A stretch of DNA of 63,751 bases, counting the filler, from Collodictyon triciliatum (lineage: Eukaryota): the NCBI GenBank assembly GCA_043381765.1. It is 5 parts of 5 records of this genome, joined end to end, with 100 filler letters (N's around TTAATTAATTAA, not from the genome) between each part and the next. Parts side by side here need not be neighbours in the genome. Positions count along the whole stretch, not along the records: positions 54,919 to 62,098 come from JBHJMP010001208.1; positions 62,199 to 63,751 come from JBHJMP010001349.1; 3 more parts are not named here. The stretch is one strand, 5' to 3'. Shown piece after piece: positions 61,832 to 63,751 of this stretch. How positions within the stretch are numbered: the first letter of the stretch is position 1; every line of letters starts with the position of its first letter. The notes under the pieces are model-generated. The model did not search any database, was not told the DNA's origin, and worked only from the letters and a program-made list of their open reading frames with translations. The translations under genes were made by a program, and so were the position numbers.

Positions 61832-62047
61832 TTACAAGGCGGAAGAGGAGAGCTTTGCCCACTCTCCTCTGTTTTTGGCGAGTTGTGCGTGGATGGGCTC
61901 CAGTTCGGGTATCATTTTCATGGCCACCTTCCAGAGCGGCTCTACCACATAGTCGATAAAGTTCATCTCATTTTTGGACTGGACTGCGAGATTAGGTATT
62001 ATCATAAAAGTGGAAACAGGAAGATTGTTCTCTTTCTCTTTGGATAC
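61832..62047 (-). CDS. Last exon of a class I cyclic-nucleotide phosphodiesterase
   Basis: Acceptor CACAG then VSKEKENNLPVSTFM...NEMNFIDYVVEPLW...QLAKNRGEW, matching the PDEase_I C-terminal pattern (E...glpvspfm...qi.FId.iv.Pl....N...W). Confidence 0.85.
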   Translation of the reverse strand, partial: VSKEKENNLPVSTFMIIPNLAVQSKNEMNFIDYVVEPLWKVAMKMIPELEPIHAQLAKNRGEWAKLSSSAL

Positions 62048-62098
62048 CTGTGACAAAGAGAGTTGATTAATGATTATTTTCTTTTGTTCCCCCCCCCC

Positions 62099-62198
62099 NN
62101 NNNNNNNNNNNNNNNNNNNNNNNNNNNNNNNNNNNNNNNNNNTTAATTAATTAANNNNNNNNNNNNNNNNNNNNNNNNNNNNNNNNNNNNNNNNNNNN
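62099..62198. other. Artificial contig linker
   Basis: 44 N + TTAATTAATTAA + 44 N. Confidence 0.97.
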
Positions 62199-63751
62199 TC
62201 AATTACATTTAATGTAAAAAAAAGCAATAAAATACAAAATATATATTTGTGCGCAATGAATTCATCCTAAGCCCCAATTCTCGTTGATGAATTAAACGAA
62301 GTGAAAAAATGGAACTAGTAAGAATAAATCACATACAAATATATCTGATACACATGAAAGTTCACTCTAGAATCGAATATACAAGTGGGAACTAAAGTAG
62401 TTAGCTCTACTCCAATATTTTTCAACTGATGCCACCTATCCCACATCCCATTTCCGTTCTGTTGAATCTTATCTATGAGTAAAATACTGAAATGACATCT
62501 ATATTTCACAATCATTTTTGTCTATAACTCATGACATATTTATTGGTCCTTGCAGTACAATCTAATCGACCAAATGAAATTGACGGGCGGAATTATGTTC
62601 GATCAACTCTCACGCTTGGTTTTCGTTAATACCAACAACGAAATCCGCCTGCTGTGAGCAATCTTAGGTCCTTTCATATATTTAGTTTTCCTCCCCACTA
62701 TCTTCTTTTTAGATACGAAATTAAAAACAAAAAAGGATTTATCTCTTATCATCCATAACAACCATTAATGAATATAAAGGAACCGGCGGTTATCGTGACG
62801 AGGCAGTTTACAAAGTCTCGGCATGATTAACCAAATACTCAATGGCATGACTTTACTTTAATAATGTATTAATGTCCAATAATCGAAATATCGCACATAT
62901 GTTGTTATTGCCAGCTGCAAGCAGTTCATTGTTAATATGAATTTGCCCACCAATGAATATATGCTGTCGCCTTTTTGGGAGACTGTGCGTTTTTAGCTGA
63001 TTGATTCTGACAAAGATATCGATAGTAATGCACCACAGATGTATGGTACTAAAAGTCTCAAATTGATTGATAATCTTTCAAATCCCTGAATCCAAGGCAA
63101 TCACTCCTTTGATTAGCTCTTGGAGTTGACCCCACGGTTTGGTTCTCGGTCGATGTGATAGCCGGCTGCATTTTCACTTACTTAGGGACATTCTAGAATA
63201 TTATATCATCGGTTTTTATTCAACCACGTAAATTCCTTTTCTACAATCAACTACACACATACTTTCCAACACATTTTTTTTTTACATTAAATCGCATATT
63301 AGAAAATAAGTTAAAAACAAATGCTCTGTGGTTCAAACTATCTCTCTTCCTCTCTCTTTTTAACCTTGCATAAACACACCAACCAATTAAACCCAAACTA
63401 AATTCACTATCAGAATCTAAGCATTCCTGAACCACGAAGTTGACCGAGGTTCTTTCTAGGAAACGTAAGCGGTTATCATCTTTTAATTTATGCCCACTTG
63501 AATGGGCTTGAATTTTTCTTTTTTTTTTTTAAAAAAACCGTTTAATAATGTAGCAGAAATGAAGTAAATCACTGTTTGGAGTCTCAAAGGAACCAATATA
63601 CTGACATCAGCTTATTAATTTATTTCTCCGGAAAAAAATATTGAATAGCGAACATATGGACCTTTACGGAAATGTAGTACGCCACAAAGTAGATGGAGTC
63701 CGGTCAGGATATCCTACTTTCCCCCTAAAATTGTAGAGCCGCTCAATTTCC

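Noticed and set aside
1-63751. Alternative genetic code or stop-codon readthrough
   Set aside because: TAA (GLT1, P450), TAG (NACHT, Clu, API5) and TGA (Rab, NEF1-like) all end genes at expected C-termini, and in-frame stops elsewhere are explained by GT-AG introns.
1-63751. tRNA, rRNA, CRISPR or telomeric arrays
   Set aside because: None recognised by eye; all repeats are simple microsatellites without spacers. tRNAscan or Infernal would be needed to exclude small RNAs.

Overview
Eukaryotic (protist-like) nuclear DNA in the standard genetic code. It is not one locus: five contigs are joined by artificial 100-nt linkers (44 N + TTAATTAATTAA + 44 N at 21604, 43301, 54819 and 62099), and there are two internal N gaps. 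Most genes are intron-dense GT-AG genes whose introns carry microsatellites. Contig 1: a large unknown gene, a fused NADH-type glutamate synthase, and a convergent kinase-cyclase-kinase gene whose cyclase looks catalytically dead. Contig 2: an intronless 1877-aa NACHT-pentapeptide-WD40-SEL1 (NLR-like) gene, API5, a Clu-TPR gene, a Rab5/21/22-group GTPase and a frameshifted LINE reverse transcriptase. Contig 3: a second decayed LINE RT copy, a TPR protein and a homologue of plant NO EXINE FORMATION 1. Contig 4: a perilipin-like gene head-to-head with a CYP86-clan/CYP52-like P450, a small candidate microtubule-binding protein and the last exon of a class I phosphodiesterase. Contig 5 is unresolved. 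Best leads: the NLR-like SEL1 fusion, the non-plant NEF1, the perilipin/P450 pair, GC islands that cut through gene ends, and AT-to-GC-biased decay of one LINE copy. All family calls come from motif recognition by eye and hand splicing; no database searches were run.
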